A DNA stretch of 38,720 nt from an uncultured bacterium (GCA_964012055.1 CAXGRO010000002.1:1-38720), one strand, 5' to 3'; positions 1-8,732 are shown, counted from the stretch's first letter. Translations and numbers: made by a program. The notes: generated from the sequence alone by a model not told the origin.

Positions 1-83
1 TCTATTTGCCTAAGCCGTTATTTATCAATGACTTACAAAAGTGTCCACAGTATTGTAAAATTTAATTGTGTGCATACTAAAAC

Positions 84-118
84 GGGGTCGAAGAATATCT
101 TCAACCCCATTTTAATTT
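84..118 (+). terminator. Candidate rho-independent terminator of a gene lying upstream of the window
   Basis: GGGGTCGAAGA (84-94) pairs with TCTTCAACCCC (98-108), with one mismatch and a 3-nt loop, followed by ATTTTAATTT. It sits about 75 nt before the thrC start. Confidence 0.3.
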
Positions 119-193
119 ACAGCTATATTGCGTTGAGACACTTGCTGTGATTAAATGTCTTGAATACATTTTCAATCGGCTCTTTCTTACAGA

Positions 194-1585
194 ATGAATA
201 TGATGCGAACGGTGAAAAATACCATGTCCTACAATGCGTGGTTTCAATGCATTGAATGTGGTGACGGCGAGCGCTATTCTTTGAATGAGGTGGTGTACGA
301 ATGCCGTAAATGTGGTGGATTATTACAAGTCCACCACGCTATGGATATCTTGCGCCAAAAATCATCAGATGAATGGAAATCTCTGTGGAAATCGCGCTAT
401 ATGAGTACTGAATATCCTTATGGAAGTTCAGTTTGGGGTAAAAAGGAATTGGTTTGTCCTGTGGTTGATGAAAACAATGTGGTTTCCATGTATGAAGGAG
501 GTAGTAATCTCTTTTGGGCAGAGCGCTTGGGGCGTGAGATCAATATAGAAGATTTGTGGGTTAAGCAGTGTGGAAACAGTCATACGGGGTCTTTCAAAGA
601 TTTGGGCATGACTGTTCTTGTTTCAATGGTTAATCAGATGATATCCGAAGGGCAGGATCTGCGCGCCGTTGCCTGTGCTTCAACAGGAGATACATCGGCA
701 GCATTAGCGGCTTATTGTGCGGCTGCCGGTATTCCAGCTGTAGTCTTTTTGCCCAAAGATAAAGTGACCATCTCGCAGTTAATACAACCCATTGCAAATG
801 GGGCAATTACACTAACTCTGCACACAGATTTTGATGGTTGCATGCGCCTAATGCAAGAAATGAGTGAGAGAGAGAATATCTATCTTGCCAATTCAAAAAA
901 CTCTCTGCGCATCGAAGGGCAAAAAACCATATCTATCGAGTTGGTGCAACAACAGGACAATTGGGAAGTGCCCGATTGGATTATTGTACCCGCGGGTAAT
1001 TTGGGCAACGTGAGTGCTTTAGGTAAAGGTTTTTTAGAGATGTTAGAGTTAGGGGTGATAGACCGTTTGCCGCGCATTGCTGTAGCACAAAGTGCCAATG
1101 CAAATCCGCTATATTTGAGTTATCTGGATAAATTTGAGACTTTTCAAAAACAAAAAGCGCGCACGACGCTGGCTTCCGCAATTCAAATTGGTGATCCGGT
1201 AAGTAAAACCCGAGCTATACAAACCTTAAAGCGCTTTGAGGGAGTGGTGGAACAGGCTACGGAAGATGAATTGTCGCATGCATGTGCTAGAGCGGACCGC
1301 ACCGGGCTTTTTACCTGCCCTCATACAGGCGTAGCACTGGCGGCGCTTTTTAAGCTTGTAGATCGCAATATTATCAAGCGCGATGATAAAGTCATCGTAA
1401 TTTCTACGGCACACGGGTTAAAATTTCCGGATTTTAAAGTTAATTACCACGAAAATCAATTACAGGATTTTGGTGTAATTCCTGCACTGAAGAATCGACC
1501 CATAGAAGCTGGGGAAAAATACGAAGAAGTGCGCGACGCTGTACTAAGTGCGTTGGACAAGGTTCAGGAGGCATATCAAGTCTAG
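194..1585 (+). CDS. thrC: Threonine synthase (PLP fold-type II) with N-terminal zinc-ribbon
   Basis: 463-aa ORF. PLP-lysine motif HTGSFKDLG and a Trp-synthase-beta-like body. N-terminal CIECG...CRKCG CxxC pair, as in the archaeal/thermophile-type ThrC subfamily. Confidence 0.88.
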   Translation: MNMMRTVKNTMSYNAWFQCIECGDGERYSLNEVVYECRKCGGLLQVHHAMDILRQKSSDEWKSLWKSRYMSTEYPYGSSVWGKKELVCPVVDENNVVSMYEGGSNLFWAERLGREINIEDLWVKQCGNSHTGSFKDLGMTVLVSMVNQMISEGQDLRAVACASTGDTSAALAAYCAAAGIPAVVFLPKDKVTISQLIQPIANGAITLTLHTDFDGCMRLMQEMSERENIYLANSKNSLRIEGQKTISIELVQQQDNWEVPDWIIVPAGNLGNVSALGKGFLEMLELGVIDRLPRIAVAQSANANPLYLSYLDKFETFQKQKARTTLASAIQIGDPVSKTRAIQTLKRFEGVVEQATEDELSHACARADRTGLFTCPHTGVALAALFKLVDRNIIKRDDKVIVISTAHGLKFPDFKVNYHENQLQDFGVIPALKNRPIEAGEKYEEVRDAVLSALDKVQEAYQV

Positions 1586-1591
1586 AAGGAA

Positions 1592-2779
1592 ATGGCAAGA
1601 GAAGAAATGGAATACATCGGTGAATCTACCCGTTCGGTACACCACGGCGAAAATAGGCAAAAACCAGCTAAGTCGCTCACCAATCCCATAGCCCAGACTG
1701 CGACTTTTGTATTTGATGACCTAGACGAATTTACCGCTTTTAAAGCGGGCGAACGGCAGAATTATGAATATGGTCGCTATGGCAATCCAACAGTGAGCGC
1801 CGCAGAGCAAAAATTGGCTGCGCTAGATGGGGCGGAAGATGCCTTGCTTTTTCCCACCGGAATGAGTGCGGTTACCTCTGTATTGCTAGCCATGTTGCGC
1901 TCGGGGCAGCATATAGTCATCATGGAAGATTGTTATCGGATGACAGTGAAGTTTTGCAAAGTTATTGCCAAGTTTGGCATAGAGTGCACTGCGGTTAAAC
2001 CTGGGGACTGGGATGCGCTGGAGGCAGCTGTGCAGCCCAATACTCGCCTTATTTTAACGGAATCGCCTACCAACCCCCATTTGCACGTCGTAGATTTAGA
2101 GCGTTTGGTTCCCTTTGCCAAAAAACATCGCTGCAAGGTAATAATCGATAGCACCTTTGCTACGCCGGTCAATCAGAGGCCGCTCGAATATGGAGTGGAT
2201 CTTGTAATTCACAGCGGTACAAAATATATGGGAGGGCACAACGATCTTATGGCAGGGTCCGTTTGTGGTGCGGCCCCCCTGATTGAAGCTATCAAAGAGA
2301 CGCGCAACATTCTTGGTTCGGTCATAGATCCCCATTCGGCCTATCTCTTAATCCGCGGGCTTAAGACCCTCGCATTGCGCATTGCCCATCAAAATGAATC
2401 TACATTGCGTATTGCCCGCCACTTGGAAGGCCATAAGAAGATTAAGATTGTCTACTATCCTGGTCTTGATAGTCACCCCGATTACGACATTGCACAAGCT
2501 CAAATGAAGGGTTGCGGTGGTGTGGTCAGTTTTGATATAGACGGGGATCTTGAGCGTACTAAAAAATTTGTACATTCTTTAAAAATACCCTATATAGGCC
2601 CTAGTTTAGGCGGGGTTGAAACGTTGGTTTCTCATCCGGCAACGGTGTCGTATTACGACTTGAGCTGGGAAGAGCGCCAAGAAATTAATATAAAGGATGA
2701 GCTAGTGCGTTATTCGGTTGGTATTGAAAATGCAGATGAATTGATTGCCGATATTGATCAGGCTTTGGAGGCTATATAA
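1592..2779 (+). CDS. Cys/Met-metabolism PLP-dependent enzyme (cystathionine gamma-synthase / beta-lyase family)
   Basis: 395 aa. Schiff-base lysine block HSGTKYMGGHNDLMAG, plus ESPTNP and DSTFATP blocks. Starts 6 nt after the thrC stop. The exact reaction cannot be assigned from sequence. Confidence 0.85.
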   Translation: MAREEMEYIGESTRSVHHGENRQKPAKSLTNPIAQTATFVFDDLDEFTAFKAGERQNYEYGRYGNPTVSAAEQKLAALDGAEDALLFPTGMSAVTSVLLAMLRSGQHIVIMEDCYRMTVKFCKVIAKFGIECTAVKPGDWDALEAAVQPNTRLILTESPTNPHLHVVDLERLVPFAKKHRCKVIIDSTFATPVNQRPLEYGVDLVIHSGTKYMGGHNDLMAGSVCGAAPLIEAIKETRNILGSVIDPHSAYLLIRGLKTLALRIAHQNESTLRIARHLEGHKKIKIVYYPGLDSHPDYDIAQAQMKGCGGVVSFDIDGDLERTKKFVHSLKIPYIGPSLGGVETLVSHPATVSYYDLSWEERQEINIKDELVRYSVGIENADELIADIDQALEAI

Positions 2780-2780
2780 A

Positions 2781-3209
2781 TCAGATGTTTAGCTGGCTAA
2801 GAAGTGTGGTCCAGGGAAGACTGGCTATTTTTCGGTAGAGGCGTTCATCGCTGGTGATGGCCTGGCAGCGCAAGTAGGCACCTAGAGATACAAAGCAAGC
2901 TGAGTATAAGCTAATATCGTGTTCGCAAGCAATTTGCATGGCCTTGCGGGCAATTTCATTATTGTAGGGCTGTATGATGATGTGCATGTACTCTAAGCTG
3001 GCAAGTGCTTCTGTCAAGTGTTCTTGGTTAAAGCCAGCGCTCTCTTTGAGGACGTGGAGTAATTCGTAAATCGCTTGGTCTAGTACAACCAATTCAACGG
3101 CTTCGCCCAAGTGTTCCTGACGCAGGCGCAAAGCGCGTGCGGTATCGGGTTCGTTGGCCTGGGAAAACCAACGGAGCATGATCGAAGTATCGAGGGCATA
3201 ACGAATCAT
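2781..3209 (-). CDS. vapC: PIN-domain toxin VapC (start trimmed to MIRYALDTS)
   Basis: PIN signature residues: N-terminal D in ALDTS, E in IYELL, D in ITSDERL. The ATG at 3209 forms an ATGA overlap with the stop of the upstream antitoxin. The longer track ORF (to 3251) would overlap vapB by 46 nt. Confidence 0.8.
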   Translation of the reverse strand: MIRYALDTSIMLRWFSQANEPDTARALRLRQEHLGEAVELVVLDQAIYELLHVLKESAGFNQEHLTEALASLEYMHIIIQPYNNEIARKAMQIACEHDISLYSACFVSLGAYLRCQAITSDERLYRKIASLPWTTLLSQLNI

Positions 3210-3463
3210 ATTTCTTCCCGCTGTGTGCGCAATTCCTGTGTAGAACTCCATGATGGAGTTTTATGGCGCAAATGGTCTTGAATATCCATAGCGCGTTGTA
3301 TATCGGCCTGGCGTTGGTTCTGTGCCTTTTTAGCTGTGTGTTGCTCGTAATAAACGAGTGCTGCCGTGCGTATCAATTGACTACGATTCATGCCTTCTTC
3401 CCGTGCCATTTGGTCTATTTGCAACAATATATCTTCGGGTAGCATAATGTTGACGCGCGGCAT
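3206..3463 (-). CDS. vapB: Ribbon-helix-helix (CopG/VapB-type) antitoxin
   Basis: 85 aa. N-terminal RVNIMLPEDILLQIDQMAREEGMNRSQLIR matches the RHH beta-strand plus two-helix pattern. GGAGAA Shine-Dalgarno 7 nt upstream. 4-nt overlap with vapC. Confidence 0.8.
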   Translation of the reverse strand: MPRVNIMLPEDILLQIDQMAREEGMNRSQLIRTAALVYYEQHTAKKAQNQRQADIQRAMDIQDHLRHKTPSWSSTQELRTQREEI

Positions 3464-3623
3464 GAGGTGATTCTCCTAGGTTATACGATTTATGAGATGC
3501 GGCAAAGTAGCTTAGGGTAGAGCGTTTGTCAAGAGTTATAGATATAGGTGGCGCGGTTTTGCAGGGAGGCCACATTTACAGTTTCTATTTAGTAATATGC
3601 GTAGGCAATAGGATGAAAGGGCG

Positions 3624-4565
3624 ATGAAGAATTATTTAAAAATAATGGCCGGTACGAGCAATCCTCTTTTGGCGCGTGAGATTGGCGAATATCTCGATCA
3701 GCCTCTGGGCAGGTTGAATATTGAAAGGCAAGCCAACGACAATATAAAAGTTCAAATTGAAGAAAACGTCCGAGAAGATGATGTTTTTGTGTTGCAAACC
3801 TCGGCATCGCCGGTCAACGACCATTTTATTGAATTATTGCTCATCATCGATGCCTTAAAATACGCATCAGCTCGGAGGATAACGGCTGTTTTGCCCTATT
3901 ACCCCTATGTGCGGTCTGATAAGAAGGACGAACCGCGCATTTCAATTAGTGCGCGACTAATGGCCGATTTACTCGAAACTGCTGGCGCGGATCGAATTTT
4001 GACGATGACCTTGCACAGTCCGCAAATTGTCGCATTTTCGCGTATACCAGTAGATCAATTATGGGCCACAGGTCTCATTTGCAATCACATGCGATCCAAG
4101 GATTTAAGTAGCGCCGTTGTCGTTTCTCCAGATGTTGGTAGTGCCGATGAGGCTGGTTTTTATGCCCGGCGTATGGATTTGCCTTTAGCCATTATGGACA
4201 AGCGCCGGCATGGGGACGACGAGAAGGCAGAAATATTGAATATAATAGGCGATATTGAAGGGCGAGACGCACTCCTGTTTGACGATGAGGTGTTGACCGG
4301 GGGCTCCATGATGGAAGCTGTTAAGATCTTAAAAGCCAGAGGGGCCCGTAGAATATTGGCTGGATGTACTCACGGAGTATTTTCAGGCAGCGCGCTAGAG
4401 CATATAGACAGTTCTCCAGTTGAGGTTTTTGTTACTACAAACACTATACCAATACGGCAGGGAATACCCACCTCCAAAATTGAGGTTCTTTCAGTCGCTA
4501 AGCTTATAGGCGATGCGATAAAGGCCATTCATCATGGCGAGTCGGTAAGTCGGCTCCTGGATTGA
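3624..4565 (+). CDS. prs: Ribose-phosphate pyrophosphokinase (PRPP synthetase) family, divergent copy 1
   Basis: 313 aa, collinear with class I Prs: GTSNPLLA, RITAVLPYYPYVRSDKK, TLHSPQIV, DKRR loop, FDDEVLTGGS, GCTHGVFSG. Several canonical motif positions are substituted (see findings). Confidence 0.85.
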   Translation: MKNYLKIMAGTSNPLLAREIGEYLDQPLGRLNIERQANDNIKVQIEENVREDDVFVLQTSASPVNDHFIELLLIIDALKYASARRITAVLPYYPYVRSDKKDEPRISISARLMADLLETAGADRILTMTLHSPQIVAFSRIPVDQLWATGLICNHMRSKDLSSAVVVSPDVGSADEAGFYARRMDLPLAIMDKRRHGDDEKAEILNIIGDIEGRDALLFDDEVLTGGSMMEAVKILKARGARRILAGCTHGVFSGSALEHIDSSPVEVFVTTNTIPIRQGIPTSKIEVLSVAKLIGDAIKAIHHGESVSRLLD

Positions 4566-4573
4566 GGAAAAAT

Positions 4574-4735
4574 ATGGCAAGTAAACTTAGTATAATTAGA
4601 GAATTGTGGGACTTTATGAAAGTGCGCAAGAAGTGGTGGCTTGGTCCCATATTCACCACCTTGATTTTACTTGGATTGTTAATAGTTATGACGCAGGGAT
4701 CTGCAGTAGCCCCTTTTATCTATGCATTATTTTAA
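4574..4735 (+). CDS. Small membrane protein, DUF5989-like (53 aa, not in ORF track)
   Basis: Hand translation: MASKLSIIRELWDFMKVRKKWWLGPIFTTLILLGLLIVMTQGSAVAPFIYALF*. AGGA Shine-Dalgarno 6 nt upstream, 8 nt after the prs stop. The KKWWL...GSAVAPFIYxLF signature is what I recall for the DUF5989 family. Confidence 0.65.
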   Translation: MASKLSIIRELWDFMKVRKKWWLGPIFTTLILLGLLIVMTQGSAVAPFIYALF

Positions 4736-4784
4736 TTAAGGCCATAAATCGACGCATAATTTATATTATGTCAAATAGGTAAAA

Positions 4785-4813
4785 TTGACACATTCAAACG
4801 CCTCTGCTATCTT
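4785..4813 (+). promoter_or_regulatory. Sigma70-like promoter candidate for apt
   Basis: TTGACA (4785-4790), 17-nt spacer, TATCTT (4808-4813), about 48 nt upstream of the apt ATG. Confidence 0.35.
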
Positions 4814-4861
4814 AAAGGTAGTATCTTAACTTTAAGTTTTTAAAGAACAAGTATTTTCACT

Positions 4862-5386
4862 ATGGATTCACCTTTAGATCTAAGCAAATATATTCGCAAT
4901 GTAGAAGATTTTCCAAAACCTGGAATCTCTTATAAAGACATTACTACTTTATTAAAAGATGGTAATGTGCTAAAGCAAACCGTAAGAGATCTAAATGGCT
5001 TTTTTCTCGATGATCAAGTCGACTACATAGTGGGGATTGAATCCCGCGGTTTTATTCTTGGTGCTCCGATCGCAGTGGAAAGAGGGTGTGGTTTTATACC
5101 TGTGCGCAAACCGGGAAAACTGCCAGCAGAAACACTAAGCCAAGAATATAGTTTAGAATACGGCAAGGATGCTGTTGAAATTCATGAGGACGCAATCGTA
5201 CGGGGGCAGAATGTCTTAGTTGTCGACGACGTTTTGGCGACGGGAGGTACTATGCAAGCAACCTGTCAGTTGCTCGAGCGCGTGGGGGCCCATGTATTAG
5301 GCATAGCATTCCTCATCGAATTGACTTTTCTAGAAGGTCGAAGACTTTTAAGTGGGCATCGCATTGAGAGTATAATAAAGTATTGA
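4862..5386 (+). CDS. apt: Adenine phosphoribosyltransferase
   Basis: 174 aa with close collinear similarity to E. coli Apt: FPKPGI, ESRGFILGAP, FIPVRKPGKLP, PRPP loop VLVVDDVLATGGT. Confidence 0.92.
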   Translation: MDSPLDLSKYIRNVEDFPKPGISYKDITTLLKDGNVLKQTVRDLNGFFLDDQVDYIVGIESRGFILGAPIAVERGCGFIPVRKPGKLPAETLSQEYSLEYGKDAVEIHEDAIVRGQNVLVVDDVLATGGTMQATCQLLERVGAHVLGIAFLIELTFLEGRRLLSGHRIESIIKY

Positions 5387-5420
5387 TTCACACTAATATA
5401 TGGAATATAGGAAGTAGAAA

Positions 5421-6089
5421 ATGGCCGGAGAAAGTAAGCGCTTAAGCAAAGATGAACTTAGAGAGGATGAAATTGCTGAATGGATCCTACAGGCGGCTGA
5501 TTTTATTCGCGAGCGCGTCCAGTATTTTATTGGGGGTGCTATAGGAATCATTTTGCTTATTTTTCTGATAGATTTATTTATTGATAAGCAAGAAGAAGAT
5601 AAACTGCATGCCGCTGAAAAGTTGGGAAATTTGGTCATCGCAGAAGCGGGCGGGGAGGACAGTCGCGCTTTGCAACTTAACGAACAGTTATTGGAAGAAT
5701 TTGAAGGGACACCAGCGGCATCAAAGGGGATTTTATTATTGGCCAATCGCTATTACCGCCAAGGTCGCTATGCTGATGCACAGGGCCTCTACCAACGATA
5801 TCTAAACGATGATATGGCATTGGATGTTTTTGAATTTGCCGCCTGGAATGGATTGGCCGCCTGTATGGCTGCCCAGGGTCAACTACAACAAGCGGCTCAA
5901 AAATACCAAGCCTATGCAGATGCCCATAATAGTGCGCAGGCTTCAGCGCTTGCTTTACAACAGGCCGCGCGCCATCTTGCACTTGCAGGCGATACTGATA
6001 GTCAAAAGCGGGTTTTACAGCGCATTGTTAGGGATTTTTCTACATCGCCAGTGGCTGCAAAAGCGCGAGAAGATCTTGGGATGCTGTAA
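5421..6089 (+). CDS. Membrane-anchored TPR-like protein (YfgM/TPR_21-like)
   Basis: 222 aa. A single N-terminal TM helix (FIGGAIGIILLIFLIDLFI) is followed by helical-repeat sequence rich in A/Q/L with TPR-like YxxGxYxxA spacing. Confidence 0.55.
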   Translation: MAGESKRLSKDELREDEIAEWILQAADFIRERVQYFIGGAIGIILLIFLIDLFIDKQEEDKLHAAEKLGNLVIAEAGGEDSRALQLNEQLLEEFEGTPAASKGILLLANRYYRQGRYADAQGLYQRYLNDDMALDVFEFAAWNGLAACMAAQGQLQQAAQKYQAYADAHNSAQASALALQQAARHLALAGDTDSQKRVLQRIVRDFSTSPVAAKAREDLGML

Positions 6090-6105
6090 AGGTTGATTAC
6101 GAGAA

Positions 6106-7035
6106 ATGGCAACACTTAAGGTTTTTGCCGGTCAAAGCAACATACCTTTGGCGACAGGCATCGCAGATGCTCTAGGGGTTCAGCTTGGGGCAATCGAGTT
6201 TGTCCGTTTTAGCAATGAGAATATCAAAGTTAAAATTTGTGAAAATGTACGTGGATGTGATGTCTTTCTCATCCAAACATCCTGCCCACCGGTTAACGAG
6301 CATCTTATGGAGTTGCTCATCACCCTAGATGCACTAAAGTTTGCTTCTGCGGGGCGAATAACAGCAGTATTGCCTTATTACCCTTATGCTTTGGCCGATA
6401 GTAAAGACGAGCCGCGAATTTCAGTAGCAGGTAGGTTGATGGCCGACTTGCTTACCGAAGCTGGTGCAGACCGCATACTCACAATGACTTTACACAGTCC
6501 CCAGATCGTTGGTTTTTGTCGGATTCCCGTGGACCAATTGAGTGGTGTGCCAACGATTTGCGATTATTATACTGGCGTGGATTTGGCCAACTCTGTTGCT
6601 GCTGCACCAGATATTAGCCGCGCAAAAGTAACGGAGAGTTATGCAAAGAAATTGGGCTTACCTTTAGTTGTTATTGATAAACGCAAAAGTGCAGACGGCG
6701 AAATGCGGGTGCAGGGCGTTATAGGCGCGGTGGAAGACAGAGACGTTTTATTTTTTGACGACGAAATTATAACCGGAGACTCCATCTTTGAAGGGGCCGC
6801 TGCGGTTAAAGAGAGGGGGGCGGGCAAAATATATGCTGGTTGTGTCCACGGCACGCTGGCATCTGGAGCAGTGGAGCGCATTGCAGATTCTGGACTGGAA
6901 TGCTTGGCCGTAACCGATACCATTCCATTAAGTGATGCGAACGAAAAGATTAAAATTTGCTCTGTTTCTCAGCTATTTGCGCGCGCTATAAAGGCCATCC
7001 ATCAAGAAACCTCTATTAGTGCGCTTTTTCAATGA
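6106..7035 (+). CDS. Ribose-phosphate pyrophosphokinase family, divergent copy 2 (paralogue of 3624-4565)
   Basis: 309 aa with the same architecture as copy 1; roughly half the positions are identical by eye. Shared blocks: RITAVLPYYPY, DEPRIS, RLMADLL, AGADRILTMTLHSPQIV, RIPVDQL. The ARQDRK-equivalent stretch reads ALADSK. Confidence 0.8.
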   Translation: MATLKVFAGQSNIPLATGIADALGVQLGAIEFVRFSNENIKVKICENVRGCDVFLIQTSCPPVNEHLMELLITLDALKFASAGRITAVLPYYPYALADSKDEPRISVAGRLMADLLTEAGADRILTMTLHSPQIVGFCRIPVDQLSGVPTICDYYTGVDLANSVAAAPDISRAKVTESYAKKLGLPLVVIDKRKSADGEMRVQGVIGAVEDRDVLFFDDEIITGDSIFEGAAAVKERGAGKIYAGCVHGTLASGAVERIADSGLECLAVTDTIPLSDANEKIKICSVSQLFARAIKAIHQETSISALFQ

Positions 7036-7066
7036 TATATCGTCAGCCCTTACTTTGGATTTTGCC

Positions 7067-7267
7067 ATGATTGCCGTGCTTGCAGCCAATCCATATTTAG
7101 GTATCGAAGCTCCTGATATGGACATGGTGTACTATCTTTTTTCTGTCATTGTGGTCGTCTTCATCTTTATGGCCATTTTTCGCAGCATTGGGCGGATGAA
7201 GGAGAAAAAAAGGAAGAGCAATCCGCATGGCAAACCTATCGTAAAATGGCCAAAGCACGCGGTTTGA
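7067..7267 (+). CDS. Possible small single-pass membrane protein (start uncertain: 7019/7067/7118)
   Basis: One hydrophobic helix (VYYLFSVIVVVFIFMAIF) followed by the basic stretch RMKEKKRKS. No homology recognised. Overlaps the PilZ ORF by 22 nt in another frame. Confidence 0.3.
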   Translation: MIAVLAANPYLGIEAPDMDMVYYLFSVIVVVFIFMAIFRSIGRMKEKKRKSNPHGKPIVKWPKHAV

Positions 7268-7995
7268 CACCTGTTGAAATAAATGTATTAAGGCGGACAA
7301 CGGCTTATGCACAGGTTAAGAGGTCAGCCGAACTATTGGCTTCAATTCAATTGTTTGACCGCTGTGTTGCAGAATTAACAGAAGCGGGTTCCGCAACCTC
7401 TAGTGATCAAAATCACTTGGATGCAGTGCGTAAAAAGCTCGTTGTCAAGGCGGAAGTTTGGGACAGACGACGCAACAGGCGGCAATTGGAAAGGGCTCAA
7501 ATAAACTTTCCGATACAATTTTTATGGGTCGCACAAGATAAAGTCGACGAAAAAGTAAAAATAGCTAAGCTCAGAGAAGGGGAAAAAGAAGTTGAGCGCA
7601 TAGAAGCTGTTTGGGGTGAATTGGTTGAAGAAATAGAGCCTTATACAGGTTGTATTAATAATATTAGTGCAGGAGGAGGAACTCTATCAACACAGGCCGA
7701 TCTCACTATTGAAGGTGCCGATTATGTTCAATTTATCCGCACTGGCGAAGAAAATGTGCTCGATATAGATGGGCTTTTAGGGCAAATCGTTGCAGTGGAA
7801 CCTAAAGAAGAGGATAAAGACCTTGTGCTCCACATTAGCTTTTTCTCTTATCCACAGGAAAAGCGGCGGGAAATTATTCGTCTCGTCTATGCCGTCGAGG
7901 CAGAGGAGGATCCTTCTTCCCCCCAAAAGCCAGTAGATGAAGTGAGACGCGATACTCCCCAAGTATCCGATCCGTCTACGTCCTCAACACATTAA
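7246..7995 (+). CDS. PilZ-domain (c-di-GMP-binding type) protein
   Basis: 249 aa. RRxxxR-type motif DRRRNRRQLER and a downstream (D/N)xSxxG motif NNISAGGG, then a beta-barrel-like tail (LHISFFSY...IIRLVY). Confidence 0.6.
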   Translation: MAKARGLTPVEINVLRRTTAYAQVKRSAELLASIQLFDRCVAELTEAGSATSSDQNHLDAVRKKLVVKAEVWDRRRNRRQLERAQINFPIQFLWVAQDKVDEKVKIAKLREGEKEVERIEAVWGELVEEIEPYTGCINNISAGGGTLSTQADLTIEGADYVQFIRTGEENVLDIDGLLGQIVAVEPKEEDKDLVLHISFFSYPQEKRREIIRLVYAVEAEEDPSSPQKPVDEVRRDTPQVSDPSTSSTH

Positions 7996-8000
7996 GTCAA

Positions 8001-8723
8001 GTGAAAATTGCCGTAATTGCAGATGTTCATGCCAATCTTGAGGCACTCGAAGCTGTACTGATCGATGTGGATAAGATTGGGGTGGACCGCATTATCTGCC
8101 TTGGTGACGTGGTTGGCTATGGGATTGATCCCCTAGCCTGTATCAATCGCTTGAAGGAAGTTGAAGCCGAATGCTTACTGGGCAATCACGATCAAGCCAC
8201 TATCGACCGGACCCATATTAAAACTCTCAATCCGCTAGCTAGGGAGTCTGTTTTGAGGACTTACGACTTTCTTGGCGAAGCAGAGATAAATTACCTGCAA
8301 AGTTTTTCATTTCGCCGCGTCGAAAGCGGCGGCGTATTTGCGCATGCTAATCCCTTAAAACCTGAAGATTGGACCCATATTTATCTCTACGATGAAGTTG
8401 TGTGGTGTATGCAGCAGATGAGCTGGCCAATAGGATTTATTGGGCACACGCATCACCAGTCAATACACTGCAAAATAGGCGATCAAGTAATTCCTCTGAC
8501 ATCTTCTAAGGTGGCGGTAAATCGCCATCAATGTCTGATCAATCCCGGCAGTGTGGGGCAGCCACGGGATGGCGATTGGCGTGCAGCTTATGCCATATGG
8601 GAGATTGAAGCCGAATTGGTGGAATTGCAACGAGTTGAATATCCAGTCAAGGTAACCCAGAAAAAAATGATACAAGCTAGTTGGCCAAGCTACTTGGTTG
8701 AGCGTCTAGGAAAAGGCGAATGA
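8001..8723 (+). CDS. Metallophosphoesterase (YfcE/MJ0936-like calcineurin-fold phosphodiesterase)
   Basis: 240 aa, GTG start. Motifs DVHAN, GDVVGYG, GNHD, GHTH. Confidence 0.8.
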   Translation: MKIAVIADVHANLEALEAVLIDVDKIGVDRIICLGDVVGYGIDPLACINRLKEVEAECLLGNHDQATIDRTHIKTLNPLARESVLRTYDFLGEAEINYLQSFSFRRVESGGVFAHANPLKPEDWTHIYLYDEVVWCMQQMSWPIGFIGHTHHQSIHCKIGDQVIPLTSSKVAVNRHQCLINPGSVGQPRDGDWRAAYAIWEIEAELVELQRVEYPVKVTQKKMIQASWPSYLVERLGKGE

Positions 8724-8732
8724 AAGGTCCCG

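Noticed and set aside
1-193. Riboswitch or leader upstream of thrC. The apt (4736-4861) and prs (3464-3623) leaders were also inspected
   Set aside because: I could not recognise SAM, purine, PRPP/ykkC or T-box consensus elements by eye. Only a terminator-like hairpin and weak promoter-like hexamers are present. A covariance-model scan would be needed to be sure.
3210-3251. Longer VapC start (MEFYTGIAHTAGRN...)
   Set aside because: It would overlap vapB by 46 nt. The ATG at 3209 gives the canonical ATGA coupling and the PIN domain starts there.
3624-7035. Prs-like plus phosphoribosyltransferase read as a phage-type NAD+ reconstitution (Adps/Namat-like) or other counter-defence module
   Set aside because: The PRTase is a textbook adenine phosphoribosyltransferase, not a nicotinamide PRT-like enzyme. 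The context is chromosomal housekeeping with no phage or mobile hallmarks. Kept only as a divergent-paralogue observation.
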